Program-made: the position numbers and the translations under genes
Shown: piece after piece, positions 15,798 through 24,729 of the stretch
Layout of the letters: every line of letters begins with the position of its first letter
Numbering within the stretch: the first letter of the stretch is position 1
Notes under the pieces: model-generated
Database searches by the model: none
The model's input: the letters and a program-made list of their open reading frames with translations, nothing else
What the model was told of the DNA's origin: nothing
IMG/VR virus record: IMGVR_UViG_3300030430_002976
Coordinates: 1 to 32,749 of that record
Source: a virus
Taxonomy: Duplodnaviria; Caudoviricetes
DNA length: 32,749 bases
Direction: 5' to 3' (one strand)

Positions 15798-17764
15798 TGT
15801 GTGACCACCTTAGCTGCATCAATCTCTAGCTTCTGCTGCTTGAACTGTGCGTCTTGCGCGGCCTTTTGCTGATCAAGCTGCAGTCTGGCAACCTTGACCT
15901 GGGCATCGGCAGCCGCCTGCTGTGTTTGCGCCTGTACCTTTGCAGCCTCAACCTCAACCAGTTTATCGCTTGGGCTTGGCCCAGGCTGTGGCGGCTGAAT
16001 GGCCTCAAGCGTCTCTTCAAGGTCACGCGCCCCAGGAAACGCCTTGGCAGCAAACAGAAGCATCTGCTTGGCTTGCTCAAAGCCCACCGCACCGCTGGCA
16101 ATCAACGGGCCAATCGCCTGCAGAAACTGCACTGTAGCCGTCAAAAACTCTGTGCGGCGCTGTTGTTCTATGGCTGTGTCAACAGCAGCAGATTCTTCTG
16201 TATCTACCGAAATGCGATAGTTGCGCGTGCGCTCATCACGCATCAGCGCCACCATCTCTGGCGTGACGACAACGCTGGTGACCTTGCTCAAAACCTCCGG
16301 CTCTAGGTTTTCAACCATCAGCTCAGCCTTCAGCTCCATGATCTGGTCAAGGAACTGTTCAACCAAGCGCTGCCGGTTCATCAGCCGCATAGCGCCAAAC
16401 TGGCCTTTGATGCGCTGGGCAGTGGCAGTCTCGCGGCTAGCACTTGTGCCGCGCATAATGTCCGAGATGCCGGTGATCTCGTAAATCGTTTGAATGACGA
16501 TCTGGCGTGATTGATAGAGTTGCCCCAGCGCCTTGATAAGATTATCAAGCGGGGCCTCCTGCATGACGTTGGCAAGACCACCGCCAGCCTGAAGCATGGC
16601 CATGTTATCGACCGGGACAAACTCGTTGTCACTTGCCTCTGCTAGACGTTGCAGCTCCTGGAAGCTGGCATCGTAGACGCCGCGCCTTTTGAGCGCTTCT
16701 GTCAGGCTGGCAATCCGCTGTGTGATTAGATCCAGTTCGTGTATCTGGTCTTCATAGCTAAATATCTCAGGAACAGGCAGCGAGGTGTCGGTGGTCGATA
16801 TGGCGTAAAGAGGCTCCGGCATAGGCCAGAAGCCATCAAGATTATAAGGATCGTCAAACTCGTCCAGTATCTCGTCATGGTTCAGCACCACAAAAAGCTG
16901 CTTTTGGCTGCGCCTGTCCCAGATCTCATAGACCTCAGCACGATCCGGCTGCTTGTCGTCATCATAGCCGCCATCATCGCCATGATAGCTGAGCGGGATC
17001 ATCTCACCTTTCGCGCCATAGACTTCAACCAGCTCATCGCGGGTCATCAGATGCCGGAAACCAATCCATGAGGTGTCATCCCAGCACCGTGCCGGTGACA
17101 TTACAAAATCTTGCCAGTGGACATATTCACAGCGCACTGATTGCTCAGCCACAAACTCAACCGGGTCACCGAGCATGAACGGCCCCATCGGCCCCTGCTG
17201 TACCTGGCTTTGCTCTACCTCATTGCCTTCAGCGTCCACGAAACGCTGGCCGATTTGCACTTCACCCAGTTGCCCAGGGGCAACCTCCCCCACACCCGTG
17301 ATTGGCGCAACCCTCAGTGGGAGAACTTCTCGGTCACCCTCAATCACCACCGGCTCGTATACCAGCCTGATGACGCCGCGCCCTACTATAAGCATGTCTT
17401 CGATAGCCCTGCGAACAGTGGCATCGAAGTTGTAGACATCAAGCTGATATTGGAGCGCCCGTTCGAGTACCGTGCTTACTGAACGGGCGACTGGATCAGC
17501 GTCTCTAAAACGCCGCCTCACCTTGGGCTTTGGCGTTTTGAAGTACAGCGCTGATTTCAAAGTATCGACATTGCTATAGAAGATGTTCATCCGCACGTCA
17601 CGCTGCATCCGCTCTGGATGATCGTCGCGATAGCGCTCAATGATATCGTGGCAACGGTTGCGCCAGTTCTCTTCGAACCGACGCGCACGCATAATCTGAT
17701 GATGCCAGAACCGCGCCCGTTCTAACTTGTCGGTCGGCTCTTTTTCAAAGCTGTAGCTTTCCAC
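15794..17764 (-). CDS. Portal protein
   Basis: 656 aa directly after terL; NIFYSNV, GRGVIR, YEITGISDIMRG...ETATAQRIK; Q-rich C-terminal barrel-like coiled coil. Confidence 0.85.
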   Translation of the reverse strand: MESYSFEKEPTDKLERARFWHHQIMRARRFEENWRNRCHDIIERYRDDHPERMQRDVRMNIFYSNVDTLKSALYFKTPKPKVRRRFRDADPVARSVSTVLERALQYQLDVYNFDATVRRAIEDMLIVGRGVIRLVYEPVVIEGDREVLPLRVAPITGVGEVAPGQLGEVQIGQRFVDAEGNEVEQSQVQQGPMGPFMLGDPVEFVAEQSVRCEYVHWQDFVMSPARCWDDTSWIGFRHLMTRDELVEVYGAKGEMIPLSYHGDDGGYDDDKQPDRAEVYEIWDRRSQKQLFVVLNHDEILDEFDDPYNLDGFWPMPEPLYAISTTDTSLPVPEIFSYEDQIHELDLITQRIASLTEALKRRGVYDASFQELQRLAEASDNEFVPVDNMAMLQAGGGLANVMQEAPLDNLIKALGQLYQSRQIVIQTIYEITGISDIMRGTSASRETATAQRIKGQFGAMRLMNRQRLVEQFLDQIMELKAELMVENLEPEVLSKVTSVVVTPEMVALMRDERTRNYRISVDTEESAAVDTAIEQQRRTEFLTATVQFLQAIGPLIASGAVGFEQAKQMLLFAAKAFPGARDLEETLEAIQPPQPGPSPSDKLVEVEAAKVQAQTQQAAADAQVKVARLQLDQQKAAQDAQFKQQKLEIDAAKVVTQ

Positions 17765-19195
17765 TTACAATCTCCAGCCCTTGGGCTTGCTGGCATACTC
17801 AAGCCCAGCCATCATTTCTTCGATGGTCGGCTCCCGCCACGGGTCTTCCTCAATCTCTGGAGCGCGCCGCTGATACGGCCGCGCCATGCAAGCGTAACGA
17901 ATGTCATCCGCCGCATGATCTTCCTGAGTCGTGTCAATGTCCTCAACCCTGTGCTTGTCGTGCGTGAGCACTGGCAAGGTGCGGATCGTGTCCGTACACT
18001 CGCTAGAAACAAAAAGCATTGGGCAACCATCATCACCAATCAGGCGCTGGCGTACCTGATCCCAACCAGCCACCCTGCTGTTGTCAGCCCTGCGGAAGCG
18101 TATCCCCATCTTCGACAGCCGCTCACCGATCGAGGGGCCGCCATCAAACTTCCAGATGCTTGGATCACCGACACTGAAATCAATCCGCTCATGCCCCTCA
18201 CGGCTGCGGATGCCAGCGCCGACCTCTTCTGCAGTCATTCTCAAGCCCCGATTAGGGCCGGCAGCGCCATACCATTCCCGATATCTAATCAAGGCCCCAT
18301 CAGGAAAGTCTGGGTCATCATCAGCAACCGCCCACCAGCCAACGCTGAAGGGCGAGGCAGAACCCCAGTCAAAGCTGCGGAACTTCGTCCAATGCTCCGG
18401 AATATCAAACGGCCTGATGACATGCAGATCGCGGTTCCAGACATCGCCAAAAAACGAGCCAACAACCAGATCCCAGTCGCCCTCACGCAGCGCCCTGGCC
18501 AACTCCTCCGGCAGTGCCGAGAAGCTAGAGGCATATGAAGGGTCGATATACTTGTTGTCAGCCATCTTAGCCGGGATGTACATCGTCACCCAGCCTTTAT
18601 CAGACGGATCATTCGGATCACGCATCGTGTGATCGTAGAAATACTGTTCTGCCGGCGCAGGGTCGATATACAGCGCCTTCAAATAATTGTGGCTTTGACC
18701 ACCAGGGTTGGCCGTCATCACCAGCCGGGGCAAAAAGCCCTCCTGATTGGGCTGGAAGTTGCCCAGACGCATCCTCGACTTGATGTAACCCAACTGATAA
18801 GGCGTCATCTGACCCGCCTCATCAACCAGCGCTATATGTATCTCAGTTCCCTGAATACGGTCACAATCACTGTCCCGCTCCAAATACTGGAACTGAATCG
18901 AGCTGCCATTGAAGAACTCATAGCGCTTGCGCGTCTCATTGTAGTTGCCAAGCTCTCGCGGCAGCTCACGCTTCAACGGCTGTATATGGTTGGCATCCAG
19001 CTCAGGCAGTGACCGCCTGAAAATGAACGCCTGCAAGCCTGGGTTCTCAAGACAAAAGCCAATTAGGTCATAACGCCCCGCATGGCTCTTGCCGCCACCA
19101 GCAGCGCCGCCAAACAAGATCTGCTTGGCACGACACTTGTGAAGCAACGCCTGCTTTGGCTGCGGGTCATAGTCAATCTTGATGGTTTTAGGCAT
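17765..19195 (-). CDS. terL: Terminase large subunit
   Basis: Walker A GGAAGGGKS, Walker B IALVDEA, motif III TANPGG, nuclease FDWG and EDHAADDIRY. Start probably MPKTIK at 19195 (ORF track 19228). Confidence 0.95.
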   Translation of the reverse strand: MPKTIKIDYDPQPKQALLHKCRAKQILFGGAAGGGKSHAGRYDLIGFCLENPGLQAFIFRRSLPELDANHIQPLKRELPRELGNYNETRKRYEFFNGSSIQFQYLERDSDCDRIQGTEIHIALVDEAGQMTPYQLGYIKSRMRLGNFQPNQEGFLPRLVMTANPGGQSHNYLKALYIDPAPAEQYFYDHTMRDPNDPSDKGWVTMYIPAKMADNKYIDPSYASSFSALPEELARALREGDWDLVVGSFFGDVWNRDLHVIRPFDIPEHWTKFRSFDWGSASPFSVGWWAVADDDPDFPDGALIRYREWYGAAGPNRGLRMTAEEVGAGIRSREGHERIDFSVGDPSIWKFDGGPSIGERLSKMGIRFRRADNSRVAGWDQVRQRLIGDDGCPMLFVSSECTDTIRTLPVLTHDKHRVEDIDTTQEDHAADDIRYACMARPYQRRAPEIEEDPWREPTIEEMMAGLEYASKPKGWRL

Positions 19196-20714
19196 CTGGG
19201 AAGATCGAACCTTCCTCATCGCCGCCACGCTGGGTGGCCGCTACAGCCCCGCCGGTGACCAATACAGGGCCGACAATGCCGTACTTCTCTAAGATTTTGA
19301 CAGCCTTGTCGTCAAAGATGACATAGTTGCGCTCTGCGGCTTCATCAGTAACGCCAGCGCCTCTGGAGCCTGATGCACGGTATTTTAGGCCGGGAATACC
19401 GTACTTGTTCAGTAACTCCTCACCAGCATTGTCTTTGCCGCGTATTGCAGCCCAGTTGCCGAGGAAAGTGTCCACTTTCGTATCGTCGGCCAGCATGAAC
19501 TCTTTTGCCCTGTCTAGGCCCAAATCTTCATAGCCTAAATTTACGGCGTCTGCTTCAGTCAGCTCGTTTTCAACAAGATCGCGCAATTTCTTTTTGATAG
19601 CGGGATTTTGATCTCCAAAAAATTCGTCATAGTCCAGCAGCTCGTCAGGCTTGGGAGACAGCCCGACCTTGTAGACTTTGCCGCGCTCTGGGAGCGTAAT
19701 CTTGGAAACTATTTCTTCCGCGTTCTCTGGAATCCTGTCAGATTCTTTGACATTCGCCATTAAGACCTTTGCTCTTTCAATCAGAACATCTTGGGGCGCA
19801 TCAGGGTCTATGGTGAATTGACCTAAATAACGGTCTGCAAAAAGGGCCGCATCTTCTCCATAAAATTCAGCAAACTTGTTGCGGAAGCCAGTAAAGTTGG
19901 CAGCAGTTTCTGTTCCCCCGCTTGGGGCTTCAATTTTTATGTTTTGCGCTGTTTTAAGAACATTAGCGCCGCCTACACTGTTCCGATAGAACTTGGCTAT
20001 ATCCTCACTGTCAGTGAAGTACAGCCCATAGCCATACGCCTGTGCGCCCTCACCAGTGCCGATCATCTCCAGCCGGAACTCATCAAAGTCCGCGCCAGAT
20101 CCATGAAACGCTATAATGCCAGGCTCAGTCTCAGTCGGCAGAACCACCGAAACAGGGTTCTCAGCAGTCGGCGGCTCAAAGTTGCCAGTCTCAAAGTAGC
20201 GTGCCTGCGCCTGTGCCAGCGCATCGCCCATTCGCTGATTAGGGTCAACCTTGGCAACATCAGCCGCAACGTCACCAGCCTGGCCAGCAACCCTTGCAGC
20301 CCTTGGTGCCTTCAAAGTGGTGCCTATTAGCGCAAGTGGCGGGATAATCGTACCGCCAGCCATCATCACATCGCCGGCACCACCCAACGCCTGTAACCCA
20401 GCATCGAGGTAGTTGCCTTGAGTGATGTTCTGACCAAAGCTGGGCAAGAACTCGCCTGGCTGTGCCGGATCAGGAGCAAAACCCATGATGTCAGTCACGC
20501 CAGCCCCAGGCGCAAACAAACTAGCAGTCGCACCCGTCGCATAAGCCGGCATCGCCATGTCGCTGAACCGCGCAGGCTCAGCTATGTCCTGCATCGACGG
20601 CCTAATGCGACCAGAGAAAAACCGACTGTCGCTGAACGGGTCTTCCCGCGCATCCGACATCAATCGCTGCGCCATCATGCGACGCGCAAAGCCTGTTCTC
20701 GCTGTTTCGGACAT
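19188..20714 (-). CDS. Protein with ADP-ribosyltransferase-like (polyvalent-protein ART) domain
   Basis: 508 aa; AFHGSGADFDEF..IGTGEGAQAYGYGLYFTD and GIPGLKY...NYVIFD motifs; A/G/M-rich N-terminus. Confidence 0.6.
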   Translation of the reverse strand: MSETARTGFARRMMAQRLMSDAREDPFSDSRFFSGRIRPSMQDIAEPARFSDMAMPAYATGATASLFAPGAGVTDIMGFAPDPAQPGEFLPSFGQNITQGNYLDAGLQALGGAGDVMMAGGTIIPPLALIGTTLKAPRAARVAGQAGDVAADVAKVDPNQRMGDALAQAQARYFETGNFEPPTAENPVSVVLPTETEPGIIAFHGSGADFDEFRLEMIGTGEGAQAYGYGLYFTDSEDIAKFYRNSVGGANVLKTAQNIKIEAPSGGTETAANFTGFRNKFAEFYGEDAALFADRYLGQFTIDPDAPQDVLIERAKVLMANVKESDRIPENAEEIVSKITLPERGKVYKVGLSPKPDELLDYDEFFGDQNPAIKKKLRDLVENELTEADAVNLGYEDLGLDRAKEFMLADDTKVDTFLGNWAAIRGKDNAGEELLNKYGIPGLKYRASGSRGAGVTDEAAERNYVIFDDKAVKILEKYGIVGPVLVTGGAVAATQRGGDEEGSIFPDA

Positions 20715-20822
20715 GCAACCTGAGAAACCTGTTTTTTATGGAAGCGCGGGTGTTCATATAACGCATACGTCGCCGCGCAAGCCGGCCCGGTGGGGCCAGG
20801 CCCAGGGGGCCATATCGTGCGA

Positions 20823-20850
20823 ATGTCGCATAACGTTAATTATGGAAATG
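20823..20850 (+). other. dif-like XerC/XerD recombination site
   Basis: ATGTCGCATAA-CGTTAA-TTATGGAAATG: 11-6-11 layout with inner CATAA/TTATG inverted repeat, intergenic. Confidence 0.75.
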
Positions 20851-20918
20851 GTATACCTTGCATAAACAATGGTTTAGCATTGCAACGCAGGCCATGTGCC
20901 AAAAGTGTCGCTGTTAGG

Positions 20919-21554
20919 CTAGGATTCGCCCTCGATTACGACACCAGCTGTCGCGTCTGCGCTATTGCGCTCAATGTTGATCTGGACGTTGACAGCGCCG
21001 CCCTTTGAGTTGTCGCTGCCAAAGCTATCCCTTTGAGTTCGTTCAAGAAACCAGCTATCTGCACGCCAGTCCCGCTCTCCGGCCCGGCCGATCCGGCGCA
21101 CCCTGAGTGCCACAGCGGCGCTTTCTGCGGCGCGTACCTCAGCACCAAATACTTCATCATCATTTATCCAGCGAAGCAGTGTGCTTTCACCTATCCCAAC
21201 GATCTGCGCTGCGTGCTTGCGAGGCACGCCATCCCTTAGCAGCTCTAGTGCTGCGCCTTGCTTGTCATCCCTTGCCATGACTGCAGCGCTTGGTTCAGCC
21301 ACTGCTTGCGGTTGCAGGGTTGCAACTGGTTGCATTGCAACCTCATCTGGTTGCACCTGGTTGCGCTTACGCAACTGGCGGCGTATGGCGGTCGTTACTG
21401 GCGTATGCTCTACCCAGCCCTCACGCTGGCAACGCTTCTGTATGGCCTGGCGCGAAACCTTGTAATCCTTAGATACTGCGTTGAAGCTCTCGCCGGCTTG
21501 TATGCGTTGCTGTATCTCAGGCCAATCAACTTGCGCTGGCTGGTACTTACGCAT
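20919..21554 (-). CDS. terS: Terminase small subunit (putative)
   Basis: 211 aa; two HTH-like segments, WRADSWFLER motif, VNVQINI tail; upstream of terL. Confidence 0.7.
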   Translation of the reverse strand: MRKYQPAQVDWPEIQQRIQAGESFNAVSKDYKVSRQAIQKRCQREGWVEHTPVTTAIRRQLRKRNQVQPDEVAMQPVATLQPQAVAEPSAAVMARDDKQGAALELLRDGVPRKHAAQIVGIGESTLLRWINDDEVFGAEVRAAESAAVALRVRRIGRAGERDWRADSWFLERTQRDSFGSDNSKGGAVNVQINIERNSADATAGVVIEGES

Positions 21555-21697
21555 GATCTACCTTTGCAATGAATCCCCAGCCACCGGCACCAAAGGCAAA
21601 CTGACTTAGCCTATTGTCGGAAGCTGGGGAAGGGTTGCGCAACCAGATATGGTTGCAGTCTATCAGAACCGTACCAGATTTGGAGACAGTTGCAACC
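21310..21697. repeat. Cluster of ten GGTTGC/GCAACC hexamers in and upstream of terS
   Basis: GGTTGC at 21310, 21318, 21328, 21349, 21359, 21633, 21651; GCAACC at 21337, 21639, 21692. Confidence 0.8.
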
Positions 21698-21741
21698 ACC
21701 TTGTCGAAAAAGATCAATTAAGTTGCTCGGAAGCACCACGC

Positions 21742-21779
21742 CGGACAAGGACACCCCTATAGGGGTGTGTCCATGTCCG
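21742..21779. repeat. Intergenic palindrome
   Basis: Perfect 18-bp ACACCCCTATAGGGGTGT (21751..21768) extended by flanking CGGACA / TGTCCG arms. Confidence 0.9.
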
Positions 21780-21798
21780 TCCGCAGATGGTGTGAAAA

Positions 21799-22209
21799 CT
21801 ATGCAGGGACATTTGCACGACTTGAACTTTCTAACTTGTAATGCAGCTCAATGAGAGCGTGCCGATAGTTGCGTTTGACGATGCGCGGATCGTGTAGCCC
21901 TAGCATGATAGCCAGCTTCTTCCATGCTGGCCCTCTGGCTCTAAAGGCAGCGCTGTGCGCTACAGCCCAGACCAGGCGGCGATCATCTTCTGGCATGATG
22001 CTTGTGAGGCGCATAGCCTCATCAAAGTCACTGATCTGCTTTGAGGTCGGGTGCAGTCTTGTCGGCCCGATCTGCGTCCAGCCATAGCCATGCCAGTCGA
22101 GTGGGTAGTCTGGCCACGAACTGAGCTTTTGCTTGCGAGTTGCCGGCGGTAGCCGTCTGTCAGTCTCTGCTGCTTGGAGAAACAGGTCGTGAAGCTGTTC
22201 TACGTTCAT
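21799..22209 (-). CDS. Putative late transcription regulator (alphaproteobacterial phage family, DUF6362-like)
   Basis: Start revised to MNVEQ at 22209 (GGAG upstream); AAETDRRLP, SSWPDY, RRLVWA..WKKLA; last gene before the late operon. Confidence 0.5.
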   Translation of the reverse strand: MNVEQLHDLFLQAAETDRRLPPATRKQKLSSWPDYPLDWHGYGWTQIGPTRLHPTSKQISDFDEAMRLTSIMPEDDRRLVWAVAHSAAFRARGPAWKKLAIMLGLHDPRIVKRNYRHALIELHYKLESSSRANVPA

Positions 22210-22486
22210 AAAAATACGTCTCCCAGTGATCGACAAACTTGCGCTGTTGGAACGGCCCCATATGCCAGTAGGCTTTCCGGATCTCTTTGTAGCGGTCAAG
22301 GCTGTGCATTTCCTGCAGTGAGGCAAAGACCTTTTGCTGCCTGACTAGGAACTCATTCTTCTTCCGTTTATCGACGGCAGTGCGATAAGGGTGTTTCGCC
22401 CTTTTCGCTACGCGGCCTATAAGTTGTTGAACTCGTTGCCTTTGCAACTTTTCGCTTGACGGATTTTCGGGCCTCGATAAAATCAT
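22160..22486 (-). CDS. Hypothetical basic protein
   Basis: 108 aa, GAGGAG upstream. Confidence 0.55.
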   Translation of the reverse strand: MILSRPENPSSEKLQRQRVQQLIGRVAKRAKHPYRTAVDKRKKNEFLVRQQKVFASLQEMHSLDRYKEIRKAYWHMGPFQQRKFVDHWETYFYERRTASRPVSPSSRD

Positions 22487-22531
22487 GGCTTAAGCAATCT
22501 CCTCGCTTACGCGCTCTCGATAGCGCTTTTT

Positions 22532-22723
22532 TTAATCAAGATTTTTGGTTCTTAGATGGCTTTGGTGATGGCCTTTGGTTAGGGTCATTAACAACGCCAT
22601 ATATAGCTGTGGGGCGGGTTTGCGTTGCGAATCGTTTCGCCTTTTGTCCCTCTTTTTTTTCTGTCGTCTGCGCTTCATAGCTTCAATCGCTGGAGTGGTG
22701 CGCGGATAGTTTTTGTATCTCAT
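22532..22723 (-). CDS. Hypothetical basic protein
   Basis: 63 aa, ATGA overlap with upstream gene. Confidence 0.45.
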   Translation of the reverse strand: MRYKNYPRTTPAIEAMKRRRQKKKRDKRRNDSQRKPAPQLYMALLMTLTKGHHQSHLRTKNLD

Positions 22724-22983
22724 GCAGCCCTCACGATCTTCAGCCGTGGCACAAGCTGGTCTGCTAGTTCTTCTCTCAGATAGTCCAGCGTCAGTGTTCC
22801 AGGCTGTCCCTGTAAGTACTCCGGCAGCATGAGATGCTTGCTGTCGATGCTGGGGAAATGCCTGGACTGATGTCGGCGCACTGGCACGCCATACAGCTCG
22901 GCTATGTAGAACAGGCCGCGTCCGTCAGCGACAAGGCGGCTGATCTCACGATCTGCATCTGCGAGTGCCTCATCCCTCGTCAT
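22720..22983 (-). CDS. Hypothetical protein
   Basis: 87 aa in a chain of overlapping genes. Confidence 0.55.
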   Translation of the reverse strand: MTRDEALADADREISRLVADGRGLFYIAELYGVPVRRHQSRHFPSIDSKHLMLPEYLQGQPGTLTLDYLREELADQLVPRLKIVRAA

Positions 22984-23209
22984 CGTCTTCTTCTTCCGGT
23001 AACTCTACATGGCCCCTGCCCTCGCAGACAGGACACTGGCCAAGCCCTGTAGTCAGGTCGCCACCGCGCAGATAGTCCGGCACAGCGATCTCGACCTCGC
23101 ACTCGCCAGAGGCATCGCAGTGTTCGCACTCCAGCACTTCGCGCCATTCGCCTGGCACGGTTGAGATGCAAACCCTCCGCGCCAGCGTGGTGCTGAAGCC
23201 TCTAACCAT
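22970..23209 (-). CDS. Small zinc-finger protein (DnaJ-type CxxCxGxG motifs)
   Basis: CEHCDASG and CPVCEGRG; start revised to ATG 23209. Confidence 0.6.
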   Translation of the reverse strand: MVRGFSTTLARRVCISTVPGEWREVLECEHCDASGECEVEIAVPDYLRGGDLTTGLGQCPVCEGRGHVELPEEEDDDEG

Positions 23210-23522
23210 CCTGGCCGCGCAACAGAAAACAGTAATCATCAAGGTCAAGTACCACTAGCGGACGCTTGTGGTCAGCCTTCAGCACCAGCGCATCAGCGCC
23301 TTCCATCCATTCATAAATTTGCTTGAAGCCGTTGGCGCGGCACTTAACCTCCAGCTCCCACGCATCAACTGGCAGCGGGTCTCCCTTGCGGATCACAAGG
23401 TCGTTTTTGATGGCGGCACCGCCTGACAGCGGGACGCGGTAGCAATCCAGGCCGTTGGCTTCCAGCTTCTTGCGGATGCTATTCTCGGCCCTATAGCCTT
23501 TATCGCGTGACGCCTTACCCAT
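23202..23522 (-). CDS. Holliday junction resolvase (Hjc-like PD-(D/E)XK)
   Basis: SRDKGYRAE, RVPLSG, ND, LEVKCR motifs. Confidence 0.8.
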   Translation of the reverse strand: MGKASRDKGYRAENSIRKKLEANGLDCYRVPLSGGAAIKNDLVIRKGDPLPVDAWELEVKCRANGFKQIYEWMEGADALVLKADHKRPLVVLDLDDYCFLLRGQDG

Positions 23523-23733
23523 CGGCTGGCATCGGAAAAAAGTCGTTAGGTGTGACCTTCCCGCCAGTCAGGTTGATGATACGTTGCATATAGTCTGGAC
23601 TTGGCACAGACCGCCTTGGGTCGTGGAGGGGATGGCACCACCGAGTGACAGTAATGGTTTGTGGCACGCCGAGCTGACGCGCCAACAATGATTTCGACCA
23701 ACCCTGCTCATTTCGCCATTGTTCTAAGGTCAT
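23515..23733 (-). CDS. Cro-like HTH regulator
   Basis: 72 aa; MTLEQWR..LARQLGV..TVTRW...PSPDYMQRI..LTGGKVTPNDF. Confidence 0.85.
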   Translation of the reverse strand: MTLEQWRNEQGWSKSLLARQLGVPQTITVTRWCHPLHDPRRSVPSPDYMQRIINLTGGKVTPNDFFPMPADG

Positions 23734-23739
23734 AAGCGA

Positions 23740-23781
23740 AACATAACTGGCTTGACATCAAATGACAACGTAAGATAGTAC
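23740..23781. promoter_or_regulatory. Overlapping divergent sigma70-type promoters
   Basis: Minus strand TTGTCA(23768-63)-N17-TATGTT(23745-40). Plus strand TTGACA(23752-57) with a weaker -10 near 23774-23781. Confidence 0.65.
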
Positions 23782-23808
23782 CGATATTTGTTTACTGAGG
23801 TGTTTTGT

Positions 23809-24729
23809 ATGTCGTTCACCATTCTGCCCACTTGGGCAACAGAAAAACATTATTTTCATCATTCCAACCCGGAATCCGTGCCGGTTTGCAAAAAGTTTTA
23901 CGACAAGTGCGTAATACGCCCACTTGTGAACAGGTGCTGGCAGATTCTGAAAGATGAGATTGTTGGAGATAAGGATTACGCCAGGCAGCTAATTGAGATC
24001 TACAAAGACGACAACGCCAATATGATGTCAGGCCGTGTCGTGCAGGACATTGCCAACAAACACCTTGTCGATGACATGACCTTTGATGAGGCGCTGCGGC
24101 ACGGCATGGCGGCTTTCGATGAGTACGAGCCGCGCAAATGGGATTTTGGCAAAGACGCCGACAAGCTGGCCATTAACCGAAATGAGCTGGCAGATGTAGC
24201 GCAGCACGCCGTTGAGGGCGTGATGGCAGCGCATCGAGAGTTAGGGCTAAACCGGATTACCGGCGAGAGCGAGGTGCTGACCCGCTTGCCGGGGTTGGAG
24301 CTGCCCTACAGCGGTTTTCCAGACTTCAGTGGCCAGGTCGAATTGAAGACCAAGTGGTCGAAGATCAACATCAAAGCCAAAAACGGCAAGTCAGCAACAA
24401 GCCTGCCATCAAATCCTGATTGGTCGCACATTTGTCAGGTCGCTGGCTACTGGTCTGCCACCGGCAAGCCTCAGCTTATCGTTTACGCCAATGCCAAAGG
24501 CCACCGCGTCTTCAGCGCCGCCAACTGCGACCGCCTCACCACTGAGGGTATGCAGGCCGCGCTGAACCAGATCACTGCAAAGTGTCAAGTGCGCGAAAAT
24601 CTTCTCAAAAAAGCAGATTCCGTTGAGGAGCTGCTGACGCTGGTCGAGCCTGATTTCGGCCATTTCTGGGCTTGGGATGTCCGTCCCGAGGTTCTCAAAC
24701 AAGCAAAACAAGCATGGGGGTTCCGATGA
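23809..24729 (+). CDS. PD-(D/E)XK exonuclease-like protein
   Basis: GFPDFSGQVELKTK and QVAGY motifs; start at ATG 23809 with GAGG RBS. Confidence 0.7.
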   Translation: MSFTILPTWATEKHYFHHSNPESVPVCKKFYDKCVIRPLVNRCWQILKDEIVGDKDYARQLIEIYKDDNANMMSGRVVQDIANKHLVDDMTFDEALRHGMAAFDEYEPRKWDFGKDADKLAINRNELADVAQHAVEGVMAAHRELGLNRITGESEVLTRLPGLELPYSGFPDFSGQVELKTKWSKINIKAKNGKSATSLPSNPDWSHICQVAGYWSATGKPQLIVYANAKGHRVFSAANCDRLTTEGMQAALNQITAKCQVRENLLKKADSVEELLTLVEPDFGHFWAWDVRPEVLKQAKQAWGFR

